Notes: generated from the sequence alone by a model not told the origin. Positions 13,201 through 26,459 are shown, numbered from the whole stretch's first letter. The stretch: DNA of 63,978 nucleotides, filler included, from Lenisia limosa (GCA_001655205.1; 16 parts of 16 records of this genome joined end to end with filler, not necessarily neighbours in it); one strand, 5' to 3'. A program made the numbers and translations.

Positions 13201-15023
13201 TGATTTCAACTGTATAATTTTCTCAGCAAATCGAGATGATTTGGGCTTTTTTTGTTTTATAAATTGTCCATTTTTACTCCCCCTCCACTTTCGAATATAA
13301 ATGTGTAAATTTCATCATGCAGGCCAATAGGGAATATGATATAAAATTCAATATCTCAAATAAGCGTGATGGTGTGGACGNNNNNNNNNNNNNNNNNNNN
13401 NNNNNNNNNNNNNNNNNNNNNNNNNNNNNNNNNNNNNNNNNNNATGTCGTGTCATCATTAACCACGGGTCCAAGGGTGGAGGAGGCCATGCACAGGACGT
13501 TGAGGTGGATCGACAGGTGTATTGCGGCACATAAGCACCCTGAAACTCAGGTGGGGGGAACAAGGATTTGCGTTTTGAGAAATATCGATTTTCAGGTGTT
13601 TAGTCTGATGAATATTATATCGAAATATGAGATTTAACTACGGTATCTGGTTGAAATCATCACCCTTCTCTGTGATATTGGATTATATTTAATTTTAATT
13701 CACAAATACTACTGTTAATGCTGTTTTAAAATATATTTTTTTGTTTCATATACTTATTTTCCAATTGTATCCCCCTCCTTCAATACCCCGTCACGCCCTA
13801 GAATCTTTTCGGAATTGTACAGGGTGGGCTTCAGGAGGATTTACGTCGATACTGCACAGCAGAACTGGCCAAAAGAGACCTCCCAGGATATGCAATTGGC
13901 GGTGTGTGGGGCAAATGTAGTGCTTTACGCCGTTACGACAAAGACCGGTAAAATATCGATATTTTTAGAAGATAATATTTCTTTTGTCAACGTTATCATC
14001 ATCACAAAATTATACCACACTACGGCGCATCGGCTTATATTCCCATGCAGTTTTTTTGAATCCCATAAATTTCTTGAGATTTTCGTAGCATTCCATGGGA
14101 TTCCCGTATAAATAATGCGTATCCCTATCGTTATCATAATACATCATAACGTATTATCATCTCGAATTACCAACATGTACAATCATTACATTGTCAACAT
14201 TCTTCATCACCATCACAGGGCTATCCGGTGGAGAGAGTAAACATGAGTTCTGGAAGATGATCAAGGTTTCAGCAGAGGGACTTCCTGCAAACAAGCCTCG
14301 GTGGGAAGGGTTAGAGCTTCACCTTGGTTGGGAAAATGACGGAATTAGTATTATTAATACAAGTAACATTACTAACCATCTTAACTAACACTCTAACTAA
14401 CATGGGGATGGTGGCTGGTTCCGCTGAACCCTCTTTACATTGTCAATTTATTTACTCTCTTTTAATAATACTGACATTATTAGTGCTATTATGAACTTTA
14501 TTAACATTGTCAACATTCCAGCTAGCCATGGAAGTTGGCTACGCTTAATTCTTTGTACACTATTAACATTGTTAACCTAACATTATTCACGCTGATGATC
14601 ATTATCAATTATATTAACTATCTTTTTATAATACTTACATTAGTAACATTGTAGCTATGCTATGGGAGTTGGCTACGCTGAAGACCTCGTAGTCTGCGTC
14701 GCATTGGGGGTGGACATGTTCGATTGCGTATTTCCCACCAGGACAGCAAGGTATTTAAGGCGTTTAGGAAGATGTATTTACGGAGTTGTAAGGCAGATGA
14801 TTAAGTCAGGATTCCGTGTTTACGCCAATATTTCATCGAAATTTCCTTCGTTGTACTTACAGAGTTGATTTTGGGCATTTTGTTTCATATATTCCAATTT
14901 CACCCCCCTACCCCCCAGATTTGGAACCGCTTTAAGGCGTCAAGGATCCCTCAACCTCAAAAACAGGAGTTTCCAGTCGGACCTGTCTCCAATTGATGAC
15001 ACTTGTCAATGCTACTGCTGCAA
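10288..15023 (+). CDS. QTRT1: Queuine tRNA-ribosyltransferase catalytic subunit; 11 exons visible, 3' end cut by spacer
   Basis: Exons 10288-10379, 10519-10600, 11021-11106, 11770-11846, 12253-12312, 12853-12946, (gap)-13550, 13802-13901, 14219-14300, 14655-14750 and 14919-15023 are phase-consistent wherever both ends are visible. They give [62 protein letters not shown] and the Zn-binding CQCYCC. Confidence 0.97.
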
Positions 15024-15711
15024 GTGGGCCGGCGGGGGNNNNNNNNNNNNNNNNNNNNNNNNNNNNNNNNNNNNNNNNNNNNTTAATTAATTAANNNNNN
15101 NNNNNNNNNNNNNNNNNNNNNNNNNNNNNNNNNNNNNNCAATCTGACTGACAAAGAGGGATTAATGAAACAAAGGGTATAAAAAGGGTATAAATGGGGAC
15201 AGTTATAAGCTCTAAAGTGACTTGGTAGAAGGTATACTACAGACGGGACACTCGGCCGTTTCAGGGCTTCATGGAGGTTGTTGAATCAATTATAGTCGCT
15301 ACAACATTTATATAGATATAGTGTAATACATATTATATCATATCATCATATATACTAGTACATATTATTATACAAAGCGTGGAAAACGACTGAACACGTA
15401 CCAGTTTGCAGAGAATCAAGATAAGAGGGAGACAGGCCTTCCATTAGCGGAATATCGGTTTCGTTAAATGGCGGATATTCAGAAACATTAATGGGGTAAC
15501 GCTCGGCCTTGATCCACCAAAACAGTCGACGACATAGCTAAATAATGAAACTCGTGATTGTATTTTTTCCCTTTGATTTAAGTCATTTTGTTTTTGGTAT
15601 CTTATCTTTACCTACACTACATAATAGCATATAGTATATCCATTTTAAATTACATGTATTATTGCCTTGCTTGTGCACTAACCTCAACACCAAACGGCCT
15701 GATTGGATAAC

Positions 15712-16470
15712 CATGGGCCCCGTCCCAGTTCGGCTCGGGTACGTCTGTTCCTGTTTCTATCAAAAAGGCAAAAGAGAAAACAGGATTAACATCAAACTGA
15801 TAGGGAAAACTGGGTAAATTTTCACATTGACATTAATACAGGCAGCCACACCTTTAGTCCATCTCCACCAGTCTTCCTCCTCAGCCTTGTGTGATGACCA
15901 GCCTCGGGACATCTGTCAAGGTTAGATCAAAAGATTAATGTCATTTGTGAAATACGGTTATAGCATTCATTTCACCATTCTCCCGGGAGTATCTTTCAAT
16001 TTCAAAACAGGATCTGATTTTACCAAATTGCAAACAGTAACTGTCTTCTGAGGGATATACTCTGTACAGTTTATCACTAAACAGATGCCCTACATACAGC
16101 CAAAAACTCCTCTTTGTTCTGTGCGCCCTCGTCGTCATCATCGTCATTGGACGTGGGCGAGTCTTGCTGGATGGCCCTGATTTTGGAGTCCTTGCCTTGA
16201 TCAGTGAGCATTTAAAATAAGCATTATTCTCCAATTAACCATGTTGAGTTGAATCTGAATACCCTCTACATTCCTCTCCCCTTCCAACCTTCCTCCTATT
16301 CCCCCAGGCTCACTTGATAGTGTGCAGGCCAGCGTCCTAAGTTCCTGATCATCTGCAATTCGCCAGATGTCTGTAAGCTCTTTCATGCCTGTGTGGGATT
16401 ATGCCAAAAGAAGAACAAAGTTCTATCATCCTCCATACTGCGTATCAATGTTGGCCATGAGGAATGTAGG
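15712..16470 (-). CDS. Unidentified multi-exon gene fragment with an acidic stretch
   Basis: Phase-consistent exons give MKELTDIWRIADDQELRTLACTLS then SKDSKIRAIQQDSPTSNDDDDDEGAQNKEEFLAV, with GT-AG boundaries. Confidence 0.45.
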
Positions 16471-16902
16471 GTCATCTTTGCTGGTAGCTTTTATCCAACT
16501 CTTGGCAGGTCTTAGTCTGGTTATGGTTGGGTAGAAGAGAACGCAGAGCAGAAAAGAAGTATGTGACGATTCTTTACAGTGAGGAATGCGTAGGGAATGG
16601 GGAAAACAGGAAGTTGTAAATATGCAAATACTTTTTAAACCGTTCAATGAATTTTCTGAGCGCGCAGAAGCACTAAAAAAGGCATTCAAGGAATGTGAAA
16701 AAGGGCCAAGGGCTAAAATGGCCGCCCGATCCCGAACCGGGTAAGCTCTTGTCACAACAATATTTCAGAAAATCGACCTCTTTCCAAGCGGTTTCTGTCT
16801 GTTTACGTGAGTGTAATTTAAAAACTAAGACTGGCTTGTGGACTTTTTTTCTGAGCGGCAGGTTTTTGGAATACCATCTAAAGACTAACACAACTTTCAA
16901 AA

Positions 16903-17544
16903 ATGGAATTACTCCTCGGACTTCTCATCTATGGATGTGTTGCCGCCTTCCTTATGTCCTACGGACTTGGTAAGTGATTTTTTTTTGGCCGCTTTGTCAA
17001 CTAACCTCCCTTTATTATTTTCTTCAACCAAATAGGAGCCAACGACATCGGTTTGAGGGCCATTGTTATACTTTTCAAACAGATTTCTTTTACTGCTGTT
17101 ATAGTTCTTCTTTTTAAGAACCAGTTTGACTTTTTCTTTAGGAAACAGTGAGTGGATCAGGCACCGTCTTCTTTGAGCTTCTCAAACAGTTGTCAATCCT
17201 CTCTCTAGTTTGAATACTTGGCTTGTTCCCATTAATTACACTAATATTGCCTTGAAATGCCCATTATTTTGACCATTTTTGCCACTAACCACTTATATCC
17301 CCTCTCTTCAACCATTTCTCAACTCTACAGCTTGTAAGTGGGGTGGCTGACGGAATATTGATAATCTTGGTGTTAATATTGCTTTTTGAAGCTAGATGAG
17401 GCAGAACTCAACAGTTCAACATGGATCAACATTGTCTTTAAAATGGTTCTCGATCATTCGCGTGACAGCCGATCCCCCTGGCAATAATTTGACCGAAGTT
17501 TAGTGGGAACTGCTGTCGGATCCGGCGCTCTGTCAATCAATCAG
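16903..17544 (+). CDS. Inorganic phosphate transporter of the PiT/PHO4 (SLC20) family, 5' part with microexons
   Basis: Exons 16903-16969, 17036-17050 (15 nt), 17142-17147 (6 nt), 17331-17333 (3 nt) and 17504-17544 join to MELLLGLLIYGCVAAFLMSYGLGANDIGNTLGTAVGSGALSINQ. This matches the PiT N-terminal signature GANDxxNxxGTAVGSG. Confidence 0.88.
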
Positions 17545-17814
17545 GTGAGAAGTCTTTTGTTGTCAGCAGTCTGATATTTTCGCGGCTTTGTTGCAGTGGG
17601 CAAAATAGGCCTTGTGGATTTCGCTGGAAGAGATGGCTGGATAGCTGGGGTTTTAGCGGGNNNNNNNNNNNNNNNNNNNNNNNNNNNNNNNNNNNNNNNN
17701 NNNNTTAATTAATTAANNNNNNNNNNNNNNNNNNNNNNNNNNNNNNNNNNNNNNNNNNNNATATCGTATGAATAAAGGGGATAAATGATGGAGGTGTATA
17801 GAGCCCCCCCTTAC

Positions 17815-19691
17815 CTGAGCAAGTTGAGTCAGAACAGTATGTCCGTCAAAAGGCACCTTTTTAGTGATCAACTCGGCAAATAAACAGCCCACGGACCAGA
17901 GGTCCACAGCTTGCGTACTGGGATGTCAGTGGAAGGGTACCGGGGAGTGGTGTGGTGTGGGAATGTTCAAAGAAACATAGATAAAATATTGCATAAAGAC
18001 ACCCCCCCCCCCCAANNNNNNNNNNNNNNNNNNNNNNNNNNNNNNNNNNNNNNNNNNNNNNNNNNNNNNNNNNNNNNNNNNNNNNNNNNNNNNNNNNNNN
18101 NNNNNNNNNNNNNNNNNNNNNNNNNNNNNNNNNNNNNATAACAATATAGATAACTCATATCATCACTATTTTGCCTCAGCAGCAGATCCGTGTCATAACA
18201 CAAGCATGTGACAATGAGGTCAGATAATAAGAAAATGAATCCTGCCCAAGCCGACCTATACCACAGGGTTTGTACCAGTGTAGTGTACTTTCCATGGGGG
18301 TCCTCATATTCTCGGGCCATGCCAAAATCGGCTACCTTAAGAATCCCGTCTTTGCTGATGAGGAGATTGGCTGCTTTCAGATCCCTGGAGGTTTTGAGAA
18401 TTGGTCATGAATTGGTTATATGTTGTTATGTGAAAAAAAAAAATAGGTTCTCTATCCCATTGAATGATAATATGTAGGGATGAAAATAGGTGATCTCGGC
18501 CAAAACCGTCCACACCATCGAATTGTTTGTTTTATACTATCGCTTATAAAATATGATGATGGTGTGGATGATTTCGGTACTCGGTTTCTCATTTCAGTGT
18601 ATCAGATATCAATATCAACATGCAATAAAACACAACAACCAATACCAATAATGATAGAATAGGGCTTGCCATTCTTTTGAAATATATAACAAAAATATGT
18701 TACTCACCTGTGAAGAACCCAGTTGGAGTGCATGTGGTCAACTGCTAGGAGAATTTGGTAGAGGAGGGACTGGATTGTGAATATCGCATAATTTGGTGAG
18801 AAGTACTCCGATATCTTTTCATTCCAAATCCTCCCNNNNNNNNNNNNNNNNNNNNNNNNNNNNNNNNNNNNNNNNNNNNNNNNNNNNNNNNNNNNNNNNN
18901 NNNNNNNNNNNNNNNNNNNNNNNNNNNNNNNNNNNNNNNNNNNNNNNNNNNNNNNNNNNNNNNNNAAGTCATACTCCACAAACTCCATCACCATGAAAAT
19001 CTGATCCATGGTATCTCCCAGGACTACTTCTTCAACCTGAGGGGGTTATAAGATGGATTGGGGAATAAGCGGGTGAACTACTTCATTATTGGAGTGAAGA
19101 AATGATATCCCTATGTATGTATTTGTTTCCCAGATTTTTAATGTACATATATTATTTCTCTTGTTCAAAAAAAAAAAAACGCGGGGGGAGGGGGTAAACT
19201 GGAAGTATTACATGTAGTATCATATACATGTATATCATCAAAAATATTACACACCTTATTACTCAATATATTAGTATGTGTATCATTGCACCCATATTCA
19301 GCAGCATACCTCCACCACATTGGGGTGTCGGCATTTCATGAGGGTGTAGATTTCTCTCAGGGATGTGATGGGAAAGCCTGCGGAGGGGTAAATAAATGCA
19401 TGAATAGTAATTATAATAAAACACCCAGAATCAACTCTGTTGGTTAAACATCCGTGTAACACACAGGATTTCAAACAACAAAACAAACGGAGGGGTCTGG
19501 GGAAATCTGCAAGCTATGAACAATAAAATGATGGGGAAGCCCTGAGAGACCAAAATCAACTCTGTTGCGAGGGTACAGAACTCAGGCCAACCTTCTTGCT
19601 CCTTCTTGAGTTTGATTTTCTTGAGGGCCACGATTTTACCCGTCCTTGTGTCTGTGGCTCTGTACACAATTCCGTAGGTACCTTCGTTCAC
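17815..19691 (-). CDS. CDK11: PITSLRE-type cyclin-dependent kinase (CDK11-like), kinase domain fragment
   Basis: Exons 19592-19691 ([11 protein letters not shown]...VALKKIK), 19310-19377 (GFPITSLRE), from 19036 ([11 protein letters not shown]), 18708-18769 (VLHR), 18256-18384 (DLKAANLL...VADFGMARE...TLWYR) and 17815-17917 ([13 protein letters not shown]). Confidence 0.9.
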
Positions 19692-19973
19692 CTGGGGTGT
19701 GAGGACGGGAGTACTGTTTAAGAGTGTGCGTGGAGGGAAAGGGGATTTATGAAACACAAATATAAATATAAAATAACAACCGAGAGACATTTCATCATCA
19801 GTTGAATGCACACTAATAAACAACCTTTTTCTGATCACAAGAAATTTATTTCTCAGATTTTCTTACCCCCCCTNNNNNNNNNNNNNNNNNNNNNNNNNNN
19901 NNNNNNNNNNNNNNNNNTTAATTAATTAANNNNNNNNNNNNNNNNNNNNNNNNNNNNNNNNNNNNNNNNNNNN

Positions 19974-21860
19974 AACTAAATTGGGTCAGAACGGCCTGTA
20001 ACGTATCACTGTCGAAGGGCAAGCTTTCTAAGCTGTCACAAGCACGACACATTTCCTGGATGGATGCGATGACCGTGTCCCTCTGAGATTCCGGGATGGT
20101 TGCAACGAATGAGTCGAAGGACGACAGGCTTGGCGGCGCAGAGTGAGGGTCACAGGAAAACGGCAACTGAATAGTTAAGACAAAATTATGTCTTATTTTG
20201 CGTCGGTTTAAACTCACAGTGAAGACCGGCGCGGGCTCATCATCTTCGGCTTCCATCGGAGAGGGCTGCGGGAGTTAAGTGTCAGTGGGCTGAGAAGGGT
20301 TGAGATACTTACAATTTTAACGCTAATCACTCCCAAAGCCCGAGNNNNNNNNNNNNNNNNNNNNNNNNNNNNNNNNNNNNNNNNNNNNNNNNNNNNNNNN
20401 NNNNNNNNNNNNNNNNNNNNNNNNNNNNNNNNNNNNNNNNNNNNNNNNNNNNNNNNNNNNNNNNNNNNNNNNNNNNNNNNNNNNATTGCAAAACTCCGAA
20501 CTCCGACTTCAGGCCCAAAAATCCGAGTTAGGATTCTGGTCCCCTCCCCCCTCATGTCCCCACAAACCTGCGAGGGCTTAAGGGCAGGCATTTGGACCGG
20601 CGGCACCGCACTGGGTTTTGGTTGAGTGGCAGCAGTAACCCGAGAGGGGGAGGGAGGGAGAGTTCTGGAGGAGGGGGGATGAAATTTACACTGAAAAAAC
20701 AACTTTGATTTGAATACTCCAAAAAACACAAGAGTAATAATGGATAGAGCTGATGTATTTTGTTACCGTAAAACAATCACTGTCAGAAACAACCCTTAAA
20801 ACCTCCGACGTCATATGGACACCCTTATTAATACCCTACAAACCTTATTCTTGGCGACATGTCCGGGTCTGACACTTGTCGGCGAATGGGTGTTGTGGGA
20901 TGGTCGGAGGACTTGGGGGACTGAGGAGGGAGTTCACTCGAAGCAGTCTACATGGTAAGTTCGTCGTTTTCATAATACAAATGGCCAGTGGAGGAGCAGG
21001 ATATCAACAAGTAAGAAGAGAATTCAATTTAATTCCCTTTTTACTTTGGTTAACCCAATGACTGAAGCAAACATGCAACATTACCCGACCATAACATTTA
21101 ATTATATGGTTAGGTCGTTGAGAATACAGACTACACGGCTGTCAGCAACACCCCAATTTGTTAGATGCGGTGCTGCAGAAGTGACGGGCCTTGACCCCCC
21201 CCCCTTTTTTTTTTATCATGGTTCCACGACTCCGCCACTGTTTTATACCCCCCCCTACGAGTGGATTAGGCGGCATGGACGCAGATCTCGACCGGGGACC
21301 CATATCCGTCGGTAACGTGCTCGGGTCAAATTGCGGTGAAGACGCGGATGATTCGAGACTGCGGGGGAGGGGGAGGGGGGTAAACGGGAACATTTTATGA
21401 AACAATAAAGCCTAAAATAAACTCTGTTGGCTGATAACACACGAGGGATGATAGCAAAAGCCCAACAGTCAACTCTGTTGGTTAGCAACACAGTAAGAAG
21501 TGGGAGGGGGGGGGGGGGNNNNNNNNNNNNNNNNNNNNNNNNNNNNNNNNNNNNNNNNNNNNNNNNNNNNNNNNNNNNNNNNNNNNNNNNNNNNNNNNNN
21601 NNNNNNNNNNNNNNNNNNNCCCAAAAACATCCCAAGAGATTCGCTCGGGTACAACAATAAATTCAATGATACAAAAATTCAACCGTTTTCTGGCTCGAAG
21701 TGTAGCCTTTGATATCCTCATAAGAGCCTCACATTATCAGCTCCAAAAAGAAAAATCGTGATATCTTCGATAACTATCGATATTTCACACGGCTAATGAA
21801 CCGAAAGTATAGCACCACCATGGAACAGCCGCAAACGTGCCAGGAGATGGCGGCAGCGGA
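19974..21860 (-). CDS. Pro/Ser-rich multi-exon coding fragment; either the N-terminal extension of the kinase or a separate gene
   Basis: GT-AG-bounded blocks at 21255-21356, about 20880-20950 (TASSELPPQSP), about 20215-20260 (MEAEDDEPAPVF) and 19974-20150 (LSSFDSFVATIPESQRDTVIASIQEMCRACD). A spacer separates it from the kinase. Confidence 0.4.
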
Positions 21861-21964
21861 AGAGNNNNNNNNNNNNNNNNNNNNNNNNNNNNNNNNNNNN
21901 NNNNNNNNTTAATTAATTAANNNNNNNNNNNNNNNNNNNNNNNNNNNNNNNNNNNNNNNNNNNN

Positions 21965-23479
21965 ATTTTCGGTGAAGCAGAGAGCCGTCTCAGACCAGGC
22001 CTCCTCCACTGCGCGTAAGTGACCCTCAACCTCCGCCTCTCTATGGCGGAATTATTGCGCGGACGTGTAATAAGAGTTAAAACAGGCAGTAGTTCTAAAA
22101 CCTGGCTTGTTCGAAGAGCAAAAATAATCTTAACTCAGTACAACTTGCGTGAGATTTACTGAATTATACTACATACTATGTCATATACAAGCTATGAGAA
22201 ATAAAAAACAAGGTTGTATCTGATCGAAGTCCTCCATCACGCTTATGAGAGATATTGAATTATTGTATTATATTAATATAATTATAGACATAAGAGAATA
22301 ACCCTTTGAAAATTTTATGTGAAAAAAGAAAAAGATAATGAAAAAGTTAATGTCACTGTTGTTTGTGTTCGAATGCCCGCTACAATTTTCTGGTATTATA
22401 CCCTACTTTCACGCACTGAAAAGAAAACCAAATTAGGTTAACAAATAGGGGTTCACTTCGGTTCGAAAAAGACCGGCAAATATCGATAGTTTTCGAGGAT
22501 TTATCGAGAAGTTCAGTCTTTTTTCGAACCGAAGTGAAGCCCTAGGTATCACAAAATATACAAAATACAGCCCACATTCACATCACCCCCCCAACCTTCG
22601 CGCTTCTGCCACGATTTTCTCCACCCCTTCCTGGTAGTCCATCAGGCGACTGTCCTTCNNNNNNNNNNNNNNNNNNNNNNNNNNNNNNNNNNNNNNNNNN
22701 NNNNNNNNNNNNNNNNNNNNNNNNNNNNNNNNNNNNNNNNNNNNNNNNNNNNNNNNNNNNNNNNNNNNNNNNNNNNNNNGAAACAAAAGAAGCCCAAATT
22801 CGTTAGTACATATCGATATGGTATACACTATAATAATAGGTGCGGGATGTGGGGTGTGGGGTAACTCAAGAAAGGGAGCATCAGACTGAAGCCGTAAGCA
22901 GGGGATACTGGATTATTGTATCTCTCGAAGCCGTTCACAGCATCAGGCATTATTAATTGTAAGGCAAAGGGGAGAATTCAAACTGTTATCTTGATAAGAG
23001 ATTATATTAACCTTAATATATCTGCTATGTTATCGTCAAATGACATTAATTTTCCTTTTTTACTGTGATTGTGAGCCATATCTTACCAAAACGTGACCAA
23101 AAGTCAATGATTGAGGGTCCAGACCGAATGACTTGCTAGTTAAAGCCATAAACTGGGGGGTTAGGGGGGGAGTAAAATGAGAAAATTTATATATATAAAA
23201 AAAAAGCCCGTATCAACTCTGTTTGCAAGATAAGAGCTGTGAAGAGTAAACCAGGTCAACAATGGAATGAGCAATTAGAGTGAATGAAAGCAAGCACGTT
23301 ATCAAGATAAATTTGACAAATTCCTTTTATGCGTTAACTTCACCACATCTCATCCCGTCCAGCCCACCTTGAGCCAATGACGGGTCTTGATTGCAGGCCC
23401 CTTGAGAAGACGGATAAGCGGCACGGATCCGACCAAAGTGTCGACCATCGTGCTTATCTCGACGTAAACAGGCCAATCA
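21965..23479 (-). CDS. Dynein heavy chain fragment (DHC_N2/linker region)
   Basis: Exons DWPVYVEISTMVDTLVGSVPLIRLLKGPAIKTRHWLK (resembles dynein PLIxxLxNPxxxxRHW), FMALTSKSFGLDPQSLTFGHVL, DSRLMDYQEGVEKIVAEAR and HLRAVEEAWSETALCFTE. Confidence 0.82.
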
Positions 23480-23504
23480 CTAAATGACTACAAAACGTCA
23501 GTGA

Positions 23505-23590
23505 TCATATCATATCATATCATATCATGTCATATCATACCATATCATATTATATCATATCATATCATATCATATCATATCATATCATAC
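23505..23590. repeat. (CATAT)n pentanucleotide microsatellite, about 17 units
   Basis: Directly visible. Decayed ATCAT runs also occur in many other introns. Confidence 0.95.
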
Positions 23591-24141
23591 TGTATAACAC
23601 CCTCTCTCATAGAAGCATATCCCCCACCCACAACCTATCATATACTTGTATAATATAATATATGACATGCAATATACTATGCTTGAATATCTGCATTAGG
23701 TCCCCCAACCTGGCTTAACCNNNNNNNNNNNNNNNNNNNNNNNNNNNNNNNNNNNNNNNNNNNNTTAATTAATTAANNNNNNNNNNNNNNNNNNNNNNNN
23801 NNNNNNNNNNNNNNNNNNNNGTAACTCGCCATACCAACCCAAGAGTTTCAATATTGTAAGGGGGTAGTTATGCGTCTGGGTGCTGAAATCACGTTGTAAA
23901 ATGGTGATATTGTCAAGCACAAATGCCTCACAAAGTTCCCAAAATACTTCTACTTTCTTTAAGCAATATTCAATCGGTTTAGATGAAACCCTAGGTTGTA
24001 TGGCAAATGATTGGGTGAATTAATATTATACTATCATTCAATATCTCTTATAAACGTGATGGTGTGGATGGCTTCGGCCAGATAAAACCTTTTTTTATTT
24101 CTCATTGCTATGTGATGTGATATATTATATCATGCTTCCAG

Positions 24142-25386
24142 CCTCAAAGAGACGAGGTGGAGACAGAAGATACATCGCCATATGTCGAATCCGCTTCCGA
24201 GTCGGACGCTCTTCAAACTGAAGATTTCAGGTCGGTGGTAGCTATGACAGCAGGTTACGGACAAGGCTTGAGCACAACAAGGAAGCAAACTAACGGGGCG
24301 CAGGGTTCGGTCTACTCCCCTGGGTACGCCAATCACCAGCCGGCCTCACTCCCGCATTGCTATCAGAGGCGCCAATGAGAATATCGACAGCCAAGATTCA
24401 CGTAGGCGAGGGTCTGTCTTTTCCTTGTTTTTATTTTGGAAAGAATGCAGAAAAAAGGTTGCTTTATATAATGTAATACTATATCATATGTAGTATGATA
24501 AGTACAACGTTTTTCTCTCATATGTAATATGATATGTATGATATGAATATTAACACTTTCCCGCAAAATGAAGTTTTTCTAACTCTCAGCTACTGAGTCT
24601 GATACGGATGCTGAAGCCGAGGCTCTTTCGGCTCCTCAGTGGGGGCGGAATTATGTCTTTTTTGAAGCGCTGTTGCAAGGAAATATTATGATGTTATATT
24701 CTTGGGATATAATGTTCATAGGCCAAGAAAGAAATGCCGATTTCGCTTTGTCCCCTCACTTCTCACTTCCCCCTTCAGAGAGTCTGCCATATCCCAGGAC
24801 CTTTTCCTTGCTGGCCGATATGCTGCTCAGGTTAGTTTATAGTGTGGATAGATTGCTGTTTTTAGTCAAATTTTACTCGGATGGGGGAGGGGGATGTTTA
24901 CCGATGCAATTCATTATGCATTACCCATTTTACCTTGCCTAGTTTGTGGATGCGCCGCGTCGAGAGGCATTTATGTCCGAGGTTTTTGCCTTCTTCAACT
25001 CGGCTGTTCAAGGATCGGAGGTGGGAATTGCAATGAATAAAATACACTTGTTCCATTAGAGTAAATAGAATATGATGTTTATTATTATTTCTACTCAATA
25101 GTCCCGCCATTTAAGGTGAAAATCTTCAGATAAATACCAATTATTTCTCTACATACCACTCACCTCACAGTCAATGGACCAAGTCGTAGAGCCAGCAACA
25201 GCAGATAGACTGAATTTAGACAACGACAACGAAGAGGTCTGTAGATCATTGTTTGATTGGCTGACATTTCCAATCCATTACTCCATTTTGACAAGAGTCC
25301 AGGAGGAGCAAAACGAGGCAACAGAGGCGTTTAGAGACCAAATGGGCCCATCAGCTGGTGACGCACCTCTTCTCATCCTGCATCAT
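24142..25386 (+). CDS. Unidentified acidic multi-exon protein fragment
   Basis: Exons PQRDEVETEDTSPYVESASESDALQTEDF, ATESDTDAEAEALSAP, ESAISQDLFLAGRYAAQ, FVDAPRREAFMSEVFAFFNSAVQGSE, SMDQVVEPATADRLNLDNDNEE and EEQNEATEAFRDQMGP, with GT-AG boundaries. Confidence 0.6.
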
Positions 25387-26459
25387 GTTGGTTTAGCCTT
25401 TGTCATGTCTCACAGTGACCGGGATACGTCTTGATCAATTTGCTATGTGATTTACCAAGGATTTATCCCGGTCACTGTTTATCTACTTNNNNNNNNNNNN
25501 NNNNNNNNNNNNNNNNNNNNNNNNNNNNNNNNNNNNNNNNNNNNNNNNNNNNNNNNNNNNNNNNNNNNNNNNNNNNNNNNNNNNNNNNNNNNNNNNNNNN
25601 NNNNNNNNNNNNTTTAAGGTGGTTCAGTGTATAAACAGCCCTGAAATAGAAATTCAAAAAATGGATGAAAATTGCCTGGGATGGCCTAACCGATGCTATA
25701 TGAAGAATGTGTAGGTGTTTTGTGTTGTCAGTTAAATTATTCAAATTTTTCAAATATCGTGTTTAAACCCCAAAAAGTGGAAAATAGCGAAGCCCAAAAA
25801 CGTCTAAAATTGGAACAACCTCAGAAGTAGGGAAAATGGGCATTTTTACGTTTTTCTACCCGAAGCTCATACGAAAAATAACCCTGCAAAATTATCCCTA
25901 AGGGTCTTTTTAATTACTTACCACACTTTTATTACTATTTTCCATATAAAAAAGGACTGAACTACCGTAAAGCGAGATGTGCATCGAACTTNNNNNNNNN
26001 NNNNNNNNNNNNNNNNNNNNNNNNNNNNNNNNNNNTTAATTAATTAANNNNNNNNNNNNNNNNNNNNNNNNNNNNNNNNNNNNNNNNNNNNTATGGAGGG
26101 GGTATTAGAGTGTTGGAGGGGATACGGTGGGATGTATTCGGTTGAAGTGGGTGTTTTGATTATTATTTCTTTTTCCTTTATCTTATCAGAGTTTCTTTGC
26201 ACCTTTTCGTTTGAAGGGCTTTGTTTTTTATACAGTTAGTTCATTATTATTATTCTTTTTGTTATTGTCTTGTTTCATGCACTCTTACGTTCAAACATTC
26301 AAGCCAGGTACTGGTAACAAATACGTTTCAGAAAAAAAACCCCATTTAAGAGTAATTATAAATTTTTCTCTTCCGAATTCAGCGTTTGTATTATATTTAG
26401 AAATAGAGAATAGATACACTGGCTATTACATTGATGATTCTGTGTTTGTTAATAACAAG

